From positions 1,550,001-1,614,000 of the forward strand of contig MU008160.1 in NCBI GenBank assembly GCA_010909165.1: a stretch of DNA of 64,000 nucleotides. The letters are read 5' to 3'. This document shows positions 1-16,930 of this stretch, piece by piece (positions within the stretch are counted from its first letter, which is position 1; the number at the start of each line of letters is the position of its first letter). The position numbers and the translations under genes are program-made. A model generated the notes under the pieces. It did not search any database. It was not told the DNA's origin and saw nothing but the letters and a program-made list of their open reading frames with translations. The DNA is from Anthoceros angustus. Its lineage: Eukaryota; Plantae; Anthocerotophyta.

Positions 1-627
1 CAGCGTCTTCCCGACAAATCCCTTGGGGTTGTTGGGAGCGAAAGGCTCCTCGTCAGTCGGCTTCACGATCGCGATGCTCTCCCCTCGCCGGTTCCGGAAG
101 TAGTAAGCCCCTCCCAAGCCTCCCGCCGCGGGCACGGGCTCCACGCCGTTCTCGATGGCCTTGGCCGACTCCCGCAGCAGCCTCTTGATCTTGCTGCAGG
201 CGCTGAGCCCGGCGCAGATCTCGAACGGCCGGCTCCCTTCCCGCGCCCTTCCCAGATCCAGCGACGGCGAGAGGCAGGGAGTGGACGAGCTCCGGTGCAG
301 CCCCCGCGTGAGCAGCAGCGGCGCATTGTGCCGCACCTCGCTCAGATCCTTGTCCAGCACCACATCCCCCGACACCAGCGCGCTCTGATCCGTCGGCACG
401 CACAGCGCCGCCTGCACCTTCTTCTTCACCGACTGCACCTTGTCAGCTCGGTCCAGCTCGATCCCTAACACGTTCCCCGTGTCCGTCTGTACAAAGATCC
501 GCCTCCTCCCGATGGCCCGGCTGTAGTGCGGCCTGAACCCTCCCCCCCCGTCCGCTCCTCCATGCACTCCATCCGGCACTGCCACCGGCGCCTGCACCTG
601 CACCGGGCTCTGCACATTCGAAGGCAT
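1..627 (-). CDS. Phosphatidylinositol 4-kinase gamma (type II PI4K with ubiquitin-like domain, PI4K-gamma 5/6/7 class), N-terminal part; runs off the window start
   Basis: My translation from the ATG at 627 (frame not in the ORF track): MPSNVQSPVQVQAPVAV...RRIFVQTDTGNVLGIELDRADKVQSVKKKVQAAL (UBL)...LHRSSSTPCLSP...GGLGGAYYFRNRRGESIAIVKPTDEEPFAPNNPKGFVGKTL. This matches plant PI4K-gamma7-type motifs as I recall them. Confidence 0.93.
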   Translation of the reverse strand, partial: MPSNVQSPVQVQAPVAVPDGVHGGADGGGGFRPHYSRAIGRRRIFVQTDTGNVLGIELDRADKVQSVKKKVQAALCVPTDQSALVSGDVVLDKDLSEVRHNAPLLLTRGLHRSSSTPCLSPSLDLGRAREGSRPFEICAGLSACSKIKRLLRESAKAIENGVEPVPAAGGLGGAYYFRNRRGESIAIVKPTDEEPFAPNNPKGFVGKTL

Positions 628-1217
628 GCCGTCCTCCCTTCCTCCTCCTCCTCCTCCTCCTCTCCTTCCTCTCCAACCTAACCCCTTCCACTTCCGCTCC
701 TTCCTCTCCCTCTCCCGTCCTCTTCCACCTCCCTCCTCCCTTCCCCAGGCCCCGGACTCGAGATCGCAGCCGCAGCCGCACCCGCGTCCTGCTCCTCCAG
801 GGGCCCTGGCTGGCCCTGCGGCCAGACGCCAACCCACAATCACATCTCCCCGCGCTCTCCGTCAGGGCAGCCATGCCGATCTTGCTGCCGGCCCTAGCCC
901 GATCTTGCGCCACACCGCCGCCCGCCCGCCCGCCGCTCCCAGATCAAGCTTCTTCCCGGCAATGCCAGCCTCCACGATCCGATCCCTTCCCCTCCCCTCC
1001 CTTCCCGCCTCCTCCGCCCCTTCTCCTCCTCTTTGTCCGCCTTCTCCGCCACTCCGCTCCCGCTCCTTGCCCCCGCTGCACGCAATGTGGGAAAGCCTAG
1101 CAGAGCGCTCGGCGCGGCACCGAGTCCAGCTTCATCTGGCGGCCATAGCCGCGATCGGAAGGCAGCCGGGCCGGGCAGCGCCGAGCAGAGGCGAGGGCGA
1201 GGGCAGACGAGGGCGAG

Positions 1218-1277
1218 CCAGACGAGCCGAGCCGAGCCGAGACGAGACGAGCCGAGTCGAGACGAGACGAGACGAGC
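1218..1277. repeat. Pentanucleotide microsatellite (GAGCC/GAGAC)n upstream of the PI4K gene
   Basis: cagacgagccgagccgagccgagacgagacgagccgagtcgagacgagacgagacgagc. Confidence 0.8.
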
Positions 1278-2039
1278 GAGGCGCGCTCTCTAGAACCTGG
1301 CGGGGGCAGCCCTAGCGCTCTCACAACCCGGCTCTCTCGTCCTAATGCCAGCAACACTTGTTGCTCCCTCTTCCGCACCACCAGCCTCATGCCAATGCCA
1401 TTTTCGTGGATGCCAATGCCCGATTGCGATGCACTAGCATGTCATGTCCCGGAATCGAGATCCATCTCTCTACAGTTTATGTGTTTATGTAGGGTAATAG
1501 GCTTCCTACATGCAGTAATGTATGGCATAGTAGGATACCCCGTTTGCCGCGTTAACGTAACCTGCACTCCCGGTCACTCTTCCACTTCTTCCCTCTCCCA
1601 TCGTCGCAATTTCCAGCGTTCTTCTCCTGGTTCTAGTTTCTCCGTCGATCGTACCTGGTGGCTTCTTGCTGGAATTCTTCCTTCGTTCGTTGATCTACGT
1701 AGAATAAGAAGAAGAAAAAGTCTGTTAAAATTGTCCGATGAATGAAAGCTCTACAAGAAAACATAAAAGCACAAAGAAAAAGATAGAGGGAGAATTTTGG
1801 GAAAAAAGAGCTTCAAGAGAACTTCATGTTCCACCGGTTAACATGCGACTACGTGTATTGGAGTGGGACTATAGCTTACTGGAGGGAGGAGAGATGGGGT
1901 CAGCCCATCCACCAAAAGGACATCACAAGAGAACCCAAGGGTCATATATGAATCAATCATGTTTATTTTTTTGATAAGGGAGCAGGTGCTTGGCTACTGG
2001 CCCGCCCATGCATACGGGGATTTCACATCGCACCAACCA

Positions 2040-2820
2040 CCTTCACTACTGCAATGCGATTCCGTCTCGGCCTACTCCAGCCTGTGGCTTCTTCGCCTCA
2101 CTTGTGAGTGCGGCTCGCCTTGACGCCTCGGTGTCCACCTTGCTCGTTGTCCCCACGGGTCATCGCATTGCCACTCACGGCGCCATCCGTGACGTCATGT
2201 TTGCCATTGCTCGCGAAAGTGGCTATATGGCTGGAGGGAGGAGTATACTCTTCTTACAGTCGCTCAATCGTATGACCTATACCTTGTCGTGGCGACCAAG
2301 TTGTGGTGGCGGATGTAGTGGTTACTGACCCTGCACATGACGCCACCTCCGTCAGTCATCACCAACTGCTCAGCTGCCGCCGCCTGCAGTGCTCTCAAGG
2401 TCCGCAGTATAGCGGGGATGCAAGCGGGCCACCTCTTTATCCCGCTTGCTCTAGAAACGTATGGGGCCATGGCTGAGGACTTTGACAAATTCGTCAAGTC
2501 TTGTGCCAAAGCTTACCATGCTATGAGCATAGTGTGTCGCCCTCTCGTACTTCACGGCATACTTCCGGCAGTGGTTTCTATTGCTCTTCAACGGGCGCTC
2601 TCAACGGCGATTCTCCATAAGGCGGCGACGGTGGGTGATGCCTTTTCCTCTTCCTCCGTGGTTTGCAGGCCGTTTATTCTACCTGCATATGACATTGTGG
2701 GTGCAGTTGGTCACTTCATGTAGGGAGCTCAGTTGCTCCTCTTCACTCCGACCCCCGGGTCCCCATTTGTTGTCCCCTCCTAGATGGTCTCTTTCCATCG
2801 TTCTTTCACCTCAATAAATC
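2040..2820 (+). mobile_element. Decayed 3' end of an RLE-type (CRE/NeSL-like) non-LTR retrotransposon, copy 1
   Basis: Frameshifted pieces: Zn-knuckle-like GHRIATHGAIRDVMFAIARESGY, then VVADVVVTDP (RLE Asp), then ALKVRSIAGMQAGHLFIPLALETYGAM...VSIALQRA. Ends in a pyrimidine-rich 3' region with AATAAA at about 2813. Confidence 0.65.
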
Positions 2821-2849
2821 ATCCTTTTTTAATAAAGGTGTAAAGAAGA

Positions 2850-3275
2850 CTATATTATAAAAAAAGGGGGAAAAAACCCATCCATCCCGAAAACAAAGGG
2901 AGAAAAACCCAACGAAGGGCACCATGCCAGGGGGACTAGCCCCCCACGATCATACATTTCAAAACTACCAATTGCCCGAAGAACTTCGTGGTCAGGGATG
3001 TGAAAAGGTCTACTTACCACCGGTGTGGAAGAAGCTGCATCTCTAGTGCTCGTTGTCGTTCTGTACACTGCGTTGACCAACGCCCTTTGCAGAGCGATGG
3101 AAACCCTTTGCTGGAAGAAAGCAACAATGCAAGAAAGAAGGAGTCCAACCCCATTCTTGCGGCTATGATAAGCCTTGGCGCAGGCCTTGACGAACCTAGA
3201 GAAATCCTTGCCCATGGCTCCATGAGTCTCGATGGCAAAGGGGACGACCGTGGTTGCGACATAACTCAATAAGCA
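2850..3275 (-). mobile_element. Decayed 3' end of a related RLE-type non-LTR retrotransposon, copy 2, tail-to-tail with copy 1
   Basis: ORF 2850-3269(-): VVPFAIETHGAMGKDFSRFVKACAKAYH...QQRVSIALQRAL...VVSRPF. It aligns by eye with copy 1 (FIPLALETYGAMAEDFDKFVKSCAKAYH...VSIALQRAL...VVCRPF). Confidence 0.65.
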
Positions 3276-4299
3276 GTGGCATCAACATCGACACATTCTT
3301 AATCACCTCTAGAATCAATCTCAAAGAGCTATTCAGAAGGATCCATCTCCATTCGGTTAGATATTTTGGATCAGACACAGTACGTTGCTTAGGCTGGCCC
3401 TCAAAGTAGAGCATACCTACTTTGTGCTAGGGACACGCATGTCCACATGCTTGAAATTGAAATGCATTTTGTGCTCTCGAAAGTGGAGAATGGGCGGCAA
3501 GATGTGGTTAGGCCCCAAACGTTCCTGCCTCCTCAAGGCTATGTAGGAATTTTTATATAGTGTCACTGGATGCACTAACTTCCGTGATAGGTATCGAGGG
3601 CATTTGCTGGCCCAATAATCATCCACCAGAAAATGGAGCATAGGTTGTCTGCGGAAATCTTGTTGTTGGATGGCTAGTAATAAGCTCACCTTCAAGTGAT
3701 TCTTTGTCTCGTTCCTACAGAAAACACATTCCGGTCTTGTCACAGGGTTAGGACCATACATAAAAGCATGAGCTACATTTCGCAAATGTTGTGCATTAAT
3801 TGGGCAAGGATTGAACAACACGCTGGATTAAGAGAAATATGTAAGGCTTTGGTTCTTTGAAACATTCTTTTTTTTTCATTTTTGAATTCTTTTTTTCTAT
3901 CCCTGAATTCTTTTCATGCAGGTGTGAATTATTTCAGTCTATCCTTGAATAATATGCCTCCCAATATATCTAAGGGAAGAAACAACCGTTGAAATAAAAA
4001 AACAAGAGCCTTATAACACAAGTAGTTATAGCATATAAGTTATACTACATGATGCACAAGATAGGGATAGGACACACGAAGAGTATAAACTTAGATGCCT
4101 TTCTGCAAGATGCCTAATCAATTATGTAAGAGAGAGCTATGTCATTTAGGAGATTAACATAAATACCCTTTGGATCATGAACTGAATTTAAAAGGTAATT
4201 TATCACAACTAGCTATTAGTAGACTTTAAAAACAATTCTTATTCTACTCTCCAAAATACATAGAAACAAATTATCACACTCTCCTAAGAAATTGTTGTC

Positions 4300-5100
4300 C
4301 AACTTTGCTTGACTCTAACCAGATTTCTTGAAAATCAATCCACTCTCACTGTTTGGATCCTATAACGCACACTACATATGTAGTCTGATACATCATCGCT
4401 ATATTTATTGCTCCTCGGCTGGTCGACAAAATCCAATAACTTGTATCCTGGAGACGTGTGAATCACTCCATCTCCTGCTTTATGGGTATGGAGTCATCAA
4501 AATTACTCCTAGCCAGACATTCCCTCGTAGGGCCTGCGTTTCTTGCAAGGCTACCACAACATTGCACGAGAAACCTGATACAAATTGTAACCACGTCCAA
4601 GACCATTTATGTCTTCAAAGATACTTTCTTGGCAACCAGTCCTCTCGTTCCAGCTTCTTGTGCTTCTTTTCCAAGCATCAAGTCAATCAAAACTAGCCAT
4701 CTCCAGCCCTCATTCATGTCTCTATAAAGCACTTTCTAGCTGGTTTTTTCTTGGAAACCAGCCTACTTTCCATGTATGCCTCCTACGATGCTGTACAGCA
4801 TATAATCTCATGTATCATATCTTCACATTTATATTGATTGTTCCCAGGATAGTGTTGGTCAACAAAATCCCACAACCTATATGCTGGAGGCGGGTGAAGC
4901 ACTCCATCTCCTGCCTCATGGGTCAAGATTTGGCACCTGTAACAAGCTCGACAAATTATGCCATTTGGTGGTTTTGAAACCTGAAGAATTATGATATTAT
5001 AGGGTCACCTCGCCATTGAATCGGCAGTAGTTCTTAAAATTAGCAAACAAATCGTCAACTGTCCTACATTACATACAAGGCACATAGTTCCAATCGTCCA
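4300..5100 (-). other. Degenerate coding relic with an internal duplication (about 435 bp period); family unknown
   Basis: Two diverged copies: THEAGDGVLHPPPAYRLWDFVDQHYPGNNQY (about 4830-4925) and THKAGDGVIHTSPGYKLLDFVDQPRSNKY (about 4400-4490). Stops and frameshifts lie between them. Confidence 0.3.
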
Positions 5101-6036
5101 GTACCCTGAGGCCCACAGGTCACCTAGGTTCGAGAGATGGAACCATAAATCATAACTAAAAAAAATTTGATCTGAACAAGATCAGCTTATTCGTGCACCC
5201 GATTATGTAGGCCAATTGTTGAGTTGACTCTGCGGTAGCTAACGAGTTTACGTCCATCCTGGGTTGTCGACTATTTCCTTCTCCACTACCCTTGTAATTG
5301 TTACCCGGATTTCAAGCAGCCCAGTCTTTTCTTTCTGAAGTTATGTTGTGACAAACCCAAGAAAGCTTGGAGTAAAGTTAATGGGAGCTTAAACTTGAGA
5401 AAAAAGTTTCCTTTTGAGGCCCTCCTTTGCTCGTTAATGGCTCTGCCCTCCAATGTGTGCTTTTTAATTTTGATCATAAATCATAATTTTCTGTTGGTCG
5501 AGAAGCAGAAATGGGAACCGCTTTTCTTTTGATTATACTTCTTATAATGACCTACTTGATATTTTGCTTACCTCTCCTTAAACTCAGGCTGGAACACTGA
5601 ACACTTAGAAGAAGGAGAAGAAGAATCTTACTTAAGTCCACTAAGGACGAATTTCCGTTATGGGACTTTATACTTAACAACTTATACTATGGTAGACTAT
5701 ACGTAAGTAATTTACTCCGAACAATATGTGACCCGAACATTCACCCCCTAGTTATGACAGTGTATGTGTGAAGACATGGAGCTTAGTTGCTCTTACTTTG
5801 TATGACCCTTGGAGTTCTAGTACCTAGCCGGGATCAGCGGCCGATGGCGTGGTCTAGTCACCGAGCTTTCCTGCTGCATCAGCGCAGCGTACTGGGAAAC
5901 GAACGACTCGCTGCCTGGTCAGCCAAACGTATTTTCATTGCTGGAAGCTGCTACGCCTCGAGCTGGACTCCAGGCAGCGAATTGTGCGAACGTAGCTTCA
6001 TCGGAATCGCCTGCCAGGCCCACGGCGGTGGAAGGA

Positions 6037-8789
<2,753 letters not shown>

Positions 8790-9698
8790 AACGTTTATAT
8801 GTCTCTCGACTACCGATTAATAAACATACGGTAACCAGTGGAGACGGCATAACGCCAAGACCCGAGTTACCGGTAGTTTAGCTCTCGTGTGACATTCCTA
8901 GTCTCGAGCATGGAGAATTGCATACTTGTCCCACGAGGACCTGTTGTTGCCGGGCTATCTTTGTCCAGGGCCGCTGTTGTATGTTTGCTGTATGAGTGGC
9001 ATTTGTAGTCCGGTTGCTTGGAGCAACTTGCCCGACTTTCGTGTCCGCTGTTGATTCACCGCACGTTGCTCCCTGTCAAACGCGGTCGTGAGGAGGAGCT
9101 GCGCGTTCCCGCGGTTGTCAAATTGCTCCATCTTTCCGATCCGCGGCCAAGCTCTCGGATCCGGTGCACGCGACGGGAGCTGCTGCCACTGCTGCTGCGC
9201 TTAGGGCGTGCGGAGTCTCGGAGCAGCGCTGCGATCTCCACGCGATTTGCTCCTGTGCAGATGCATCGCTCCCTGCTCAAGGCCACGGAAATCCTTCTCT
9301 AGAGACTCTGTTTGCAGAAAGCGCTGCGATTGCCAAGGTGAGGGAATGAGATCGATGAGTGAGTGATTTGAGAAGCATTCGGCTGATTTGATCATGGTGT
9401 TGCGCTGGTGCCAAGGTGTCCGTCTTTGCAGCGATCTTAAAGATCTGGTTGAAGTTCTCATTCTTGTGTAATGTCCTGATTTGAAGGTCTATGTCGTGCG
9501 ACGCGTTTCGCAATTGAGAAAAATACTGTTATCCTTGTAGCAGAGTTGGACATTTGTAGGCGGACATCTGGCGGGATTGAGTGTTTGTCTGGTGTAGGGT
9601 GAGAAGTGAGTGACAAACCTGTTGATGAAAAGTAGGGAGCACATTGCCAGGTCTTTTGAAAAATTCTGAGGAAGTCCAACGTCAGTAGACTCACGGTC

Positions 9699-12317
<2,619 letters not shown>

Positions 12318-12443
12318 CGTCACTTGAAGCTTCGTTCCTGTCCCTGATGCGCATTGTAATCTCTCAATTCTTTCAGTAAGTTGAGCATTCTCAGCTAGCT
12401 TTGGTGGTTGTCGGTATCTTGTGGTTGCGAGGCTGTTTGAAGC

Positions 12444-12821
12444 CTACAACACTGGACAGCCAGTGATGTCACTCCCGGCGCTGTGGTGCAACTGGCCAGC
12501 GGACAACTGTCCAGATTGCTGCTCCACCGATCGAGGTACCTGTCGTGCTGAGACTAAGCAGAGCGCCGCTGCGATGAAAGCCACTACTGTGTCCAGGGCT
12601 GCTGATAGGATATGGTTGTATCGTATCCACAGGACCTGCAGTACCTGCGACCTCCCACTAAAGCCGCGAAGTACTTCACGCTGGTGATAGTCGGCTTTGA
12701 GCTTGTGGCTAGCAGAATGGGCAGGTTGATGAGGTGCAGCCACTTGGCTGCAGCTTGGAGCAGGAGGCATAAAGTTCAGGAATTGGTAGTAGCCTTCGAT
12801 GAGCATCCTCGTGGGCCCCAC
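12444..12821 (-). pseudogene. Frameshifted 3' fragment of an oligopeptide transporter (OPT) gene
   Basis: Pieces in different frames: FMPPA; LWIRYNHILSAALDTVVAFIAAAL (OPT: WW.RYNYVLSAALDAGVAF); DSCPLASCTTAPGV; ITGCPVL* (OPT terminal GCPV). No upstream exons are recognisable. Confidence 0.7.
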
Positions 12822-13137
12822 TCTAGTCCCTACATCATCGACGCCGAGGAGACAGTCCGATCCCCTAGGCCATGTCCAGGATGTATTCGACGGAGTTGAG
12901 CTACCACCATGTCACTCCCAGCAGCCTGCACACTGTTTGCTCGATAGGTTATCACAAAACCTTTAAATTTGCATAAAACCTTTCTTACAGAAAAACAAAC
13001 ATTAAATTTCTCTTTAAACAAACGTATATGATACCACCATCATATGTACATTGGGAAGGAATCTTTGGGTAAGAAAGCCAGAGCTCATAACATGCTAAGT
13101 AGTTCATAACAAGGTTTGTCCAAAGGCATTTACTTCC

Positions 13138-13267
13138 GTTTTCATAATTCATTATTCATAGATCTTTTAGTCTTTTCATAATTCATTGTTCATTGATCTT
13201 TTAGTGTTTCATAATTCATTGTTCATAGATCTTTTAGTGTTTTCATAATTCATTGTTTATAGATCTT
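13138..13267. repeat. AT-rich minisatellite, about 34 bp x 3.8
   Basis: Unit tttcataattcattgttcatagatcttttagtgt with a few mismatches. Confidence 0.85.
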
Positions 13268-13500
13268 GTGTGCCATTAGTTGGTATGTGCTGTTCAATTC
13301 AACTAGTTCAATAGAAGAATTCGAGTTAGGACATATAAATGTGATACTTTCATCCGGAGTAGTCCAAACTAAGGGTTTTTTTGTTATGGTTCAACTCAAT
13401 CTTCAAACCAGTGGAAACTCAACGTTGTACAATCTAGAACTACCATATCTGTGGTTGTACAATCTAGGACTACCATGACAGCGAATTGTGTGCCACGTGG

Positions 13501-13748
13501 GGATTACACCAGAGCAACAATTCGACCTTGTTACATGCTAAATAACATAGAAATAAATTGTATTGCACGAACTAAAACAAATGGGGGCATTACACAGAAG
13601 CAACAATTCGACCTTGTTACATGCTAAATAACATAAAAATAAATTGTATTGCACTAACTAAAACGAATGGGGGCATTACACAGAAGCAACAATTCGACCC
13701 TGTTACATGCTAAATAACATAAAAATAAATTGTATTGAATGAACTAGA
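13501..13748. repeat. 86-bp tandem repeat x about 2.8
   Basis: gcaacaattcgacc recurs at 13514, 13600 and 13686. Confidence 0.9.
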
Positions 13749-14716
13749 ACGGAGGCCGAACTGACAGTTCTGAAGGATATCTCCTTACTTATTGGCAAGT
13801 TAGTTATTGTTTAGTTGGGTGAACTGAAACCTTAAAAAATTTATGACACATTCCAAAAACAATAATATAAGTCAGCTATTTTTGGGTTGGGTGAAAAAAA
13901 ACCTTGAAAAATTATAATACTTTGGTAGACTTCTTCCTCATAATCCCTTTATAGACTAAGAAGGTGAAGTTACCCGCTTTCAGAGCAGCTCGCATTGTAG
14001 GTCAAGTGGCTTTCTTTCGTGGGGATGAATTGGTGGTGTTTGGCCCTCGTTCACGCAATTTCATTGACACTGTTGATTGATTGAAGATTATTTATCTTGT
14101 TTGAATTTTATCTTTACATTCATCTAGACCATTTTATAACTTTACCTTTACATTCATCTAGATCATTTTACTGCGATCTATGTAGTTATCATATTTCAAG
14201 CCCATGATGGAAATCCGTCCTTAGTGGACTTAAATAAAATTCTTCTTCTTTTTTCTTCAACATCGAGGTACGTTTGAAAACCTTAAAATATTAGGTATCA
14301 TGAGACTGGACTTATGATGATGAACGAATGAGGAAAAAATGAAATAATAAAATTTAATTTATTAAACGGGTCAGACAGTTAGTGAACCGGACAGCCACCT
14401 TTAGTGTGTGGGATGGCTGGCCGATAGCCACTTCGACTGTCGCCGTTCACCGACGTGAAAGTTCTAATGCTTTTCGGCGAACTGCAGCCGAACGGTCCCC
14501 GGTGATAAGGGTCCTAAAAGGGACCCCTCTAAGAACGGTGCCACTCTCAGTAGCTAAACCACCCGTAGGGCTGTGTTGGCCAGGGAGCAGCGGGAACATG
14601 CACGCTTGGCAGTACTTCGAACGAGTACCCGATCGGCGATCTCAGAAGTCACAAGCTGTGACATGGGGAGCTTCTTGCGAACCTGTGCACCTCAAAGCTT
14701 GAATTTATACATAGCA

Positions 14717-15616
14717 TTACATTGCCTTACAGGGGATGGGATGATATTGATCCGGTGCTCGTTGTGGTAATTCCCTCAGGATGTAGAGCACAAGCGCAGA
14801 TGGGAAAATCTCCACGCACGAGTAGTAGATGGCATTCAAGATGGGATGACTCATACCATCAAGCTGTCCCTCGCTGTCGACGTCGGAGAAAGCTATCATA
14901 ATCGACCGCACTGCAATGCAGGTGAAACATATGGCAACGACGATTCCAATCTCCTTTAGCTTCTTCCGTCCACCTTCAGACTCGATGGGAAATTGCCTCA
15001 GACTCGATGGGAAATTGCCTCAGGAGAGAAACTAGCCTACCTCCATAATTCAGGACCCTCATGGCTGCAGCAAGTGAGATTGTAGAAAAAAACAACTTGA
15101 AATTTTCCTCCGCAGTCTTGCTTGGCCACAGCCATAGATAAGCCCATATAAAACCCTGGATGCCGTAGATGGCAGTATTTGTCACGACGAACACAAGCGG
15201 CGGGCTGCGCAGTGCGAGCCCGCCAGCCTGGTGATAAACCTCGGCCCAAAACACCACGAAAAGGGAGTACGTTGTGTAAAACGCGAGCCATGGGAGATCC
15301 AAAAGGATGTATTGCACGATCTCTGGCTCCAGCTGCTGAACATCTCGTCGGAACAGGAAGACGATTGTCCGAACGAAGTTCACCATGAAATTCAATAGAT
15401 GACACAACTTCTAGTCCATCAATATTCAGGAATCCGGAGCTGGATTCGTTTGAGCTGAACACGAGCGACGAGCGTGACGAGGCCGTAAATTCCAGCCAAG
15501 GCGTAGAAAACCCCGTCCTGCCAGGCCACTGACTTGTTCACGCGCCTCCACCAATCAGCTGTGGATTCCACTGTCCCGGCCAGCATCACTTCTAGTACGA
15601 GCCATCCCTTTTCCAT
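14717..15616 (-). pseudogene. TOM1/TOM3/THH1 (tobamovirus multiplication 1, DUF1084) family pseudogene without introns
   Basis: MEKGW...WQDGVFYALAGIYGLV...QLKRIQLRIPEY, then a stop (TGA where Gly is expected) and a frameshift; LCHLLNF...LLDLPWLAFYTTYSLFVVFWAEVYHQA...GGRLVSLLRQFPIES; a 22-bp duplication frameshift at 14977-15020; then HPILNAIYYSCVEIFPSALVLYILRELP. No intron gaps are visible. Confidence 0.85.
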
Positions 15617-16418
15617 GCTAAACCCTGCTCCTACCTACAAATTACTATACTGTCCAGCTGATCCTCCATCCCCTGCTGCAAGAGCTTCCACCCCGCGCTG
15701 CCTCCGCTATCCCTGGGTCAGCGGGAATGGAAATTTGTCTTGCTTGCTCCAACCTCCCGAGACCTCACAAGCGAGATTCGGGAGGAGATGGTGGCACGGG
15801 CAGCATATACCTAAGACTTCATCAAAGACCAATACAGGGAATTGAGTGTAACGATGGAGACTTCATAAAATACGCAGAAATGTGAAGTCCCATATGTAGC
15901 CCCCAAGATGCCCTGTCTGCAATAGGGGCTTGAGTGGAACTGCTTTACTAGATACGAGTATTTTCCTAATCTAGATCCTACAATGCAAGTGCTATTTTTT
16001 GGATTTTTTTAATTTGATATTTTGAAAATAAATCAAAACAACCCCGGAAGAGAAATCTTCAGCAAGGGTTTTGATTCCCCTATGTTACACATCGTATCAT
16101 CCCAACAGGAAGAGACTATACTCTTCCCAAGGTCATCTGCATACGTGCCTAGATACCATCGCAGGTTATGTGGGACTTGGGAAAAACTCCCTCACCCACT
16201 AAAACTCCCCACCTTTACCTTTGCCCGAGAATAAGGGCTGCCATACATTGTTGCGTCGGCTCCAATAAAATTGTCATCTTGAACCTGCCTAGTCCCATAC
16301 CACCTGTCTCCCCACCCCCTAAGAGATCGTTGCCCTCACCCAAGAACGTGCACTCCACAGGGAAGGCCTTCTGCATTCTTCCAATAGGACCTGCCCCGCC
16401 AAGATGATGACTTCGAAT

Positions 16419-16778
16419 TCATCCCAGGTCATCCTTAAGAGCGGCCCAGAAGGCGGGTAATACCTTCGCCATAAAGAGTGCCACCGGGACGAACCCCGGA
16501 GTATCCCCTTTCTTCAAGGGGCAGGTCCAGCTAGAAAGCGCGGACCCTCTCACTGAACCCCCTAAGAGAACAACTACTTTATCCTCACCACTCCACACTG
16601 AAAAACTAGGAACCTGTTGCAGAGCTCTGCGAATGAGCTCTCCCATTATCCTCTGCCACGCCGGGAGGACGTGGTTGCACTCAAGAGGAAGATGTGGTAA
16701 AGATGCATTGCAGAGAGGACAACTCAAGGATGTGTTTGGAGGCACCACCCCAAATTGAATAGCAACTTCTGCCAGCAT
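16419..16778 (-). mobile_element. Possible LINE ORF2 C-terminal (zf-RVT-like) relic
   Basis: SCPLCNASLPHLPLEC fits the CxxC..H..C knuckle of L1-type ORF2 ends. No RT or endonuclease motifs are seen. Confidence 0.35.
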
Positions 16779-16794
16779 AAGAGCCGCTGTTCTA

Positions 16795-16930
16795 GCCTGG
16801 ATGCTATTTTTTGGATGACAAGGAATGGGCCTGGATGCTATTTTTTGGATGACAAGGAATGGGCCTGGATGCTATTTTTTGGATGACAAGGAATGGGCCT
16901 GGATGCTATTTTTTGGATGACAAGGAATGG
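16795..16930. repeat. Perfect 34-bp tandem repeat x4
   Basis: gcctggatgctattttttggatgacaaggaatgg at 16795, 16829, 16863 and 16897. Confidence 0.95.

Noticed and set aside
53-1390. Pro/Arg-rich ORFs in the supplied track near the window start
   Set aside because: By-products of GC-rich low-complexity 5' UTR/promoter DNA and alternative frames. The real CDS is the PI4K frame starting at 627, which the track omits because it runs off the edge.
14382-14450. Imperfect hairpin GTGAAC..GACAG / CTGTC..GTTCAC as a pre-miRNA or Helitron end
   Set aside because: Short, bulged stem, no 21-nt duplex and no CTAG terminus.
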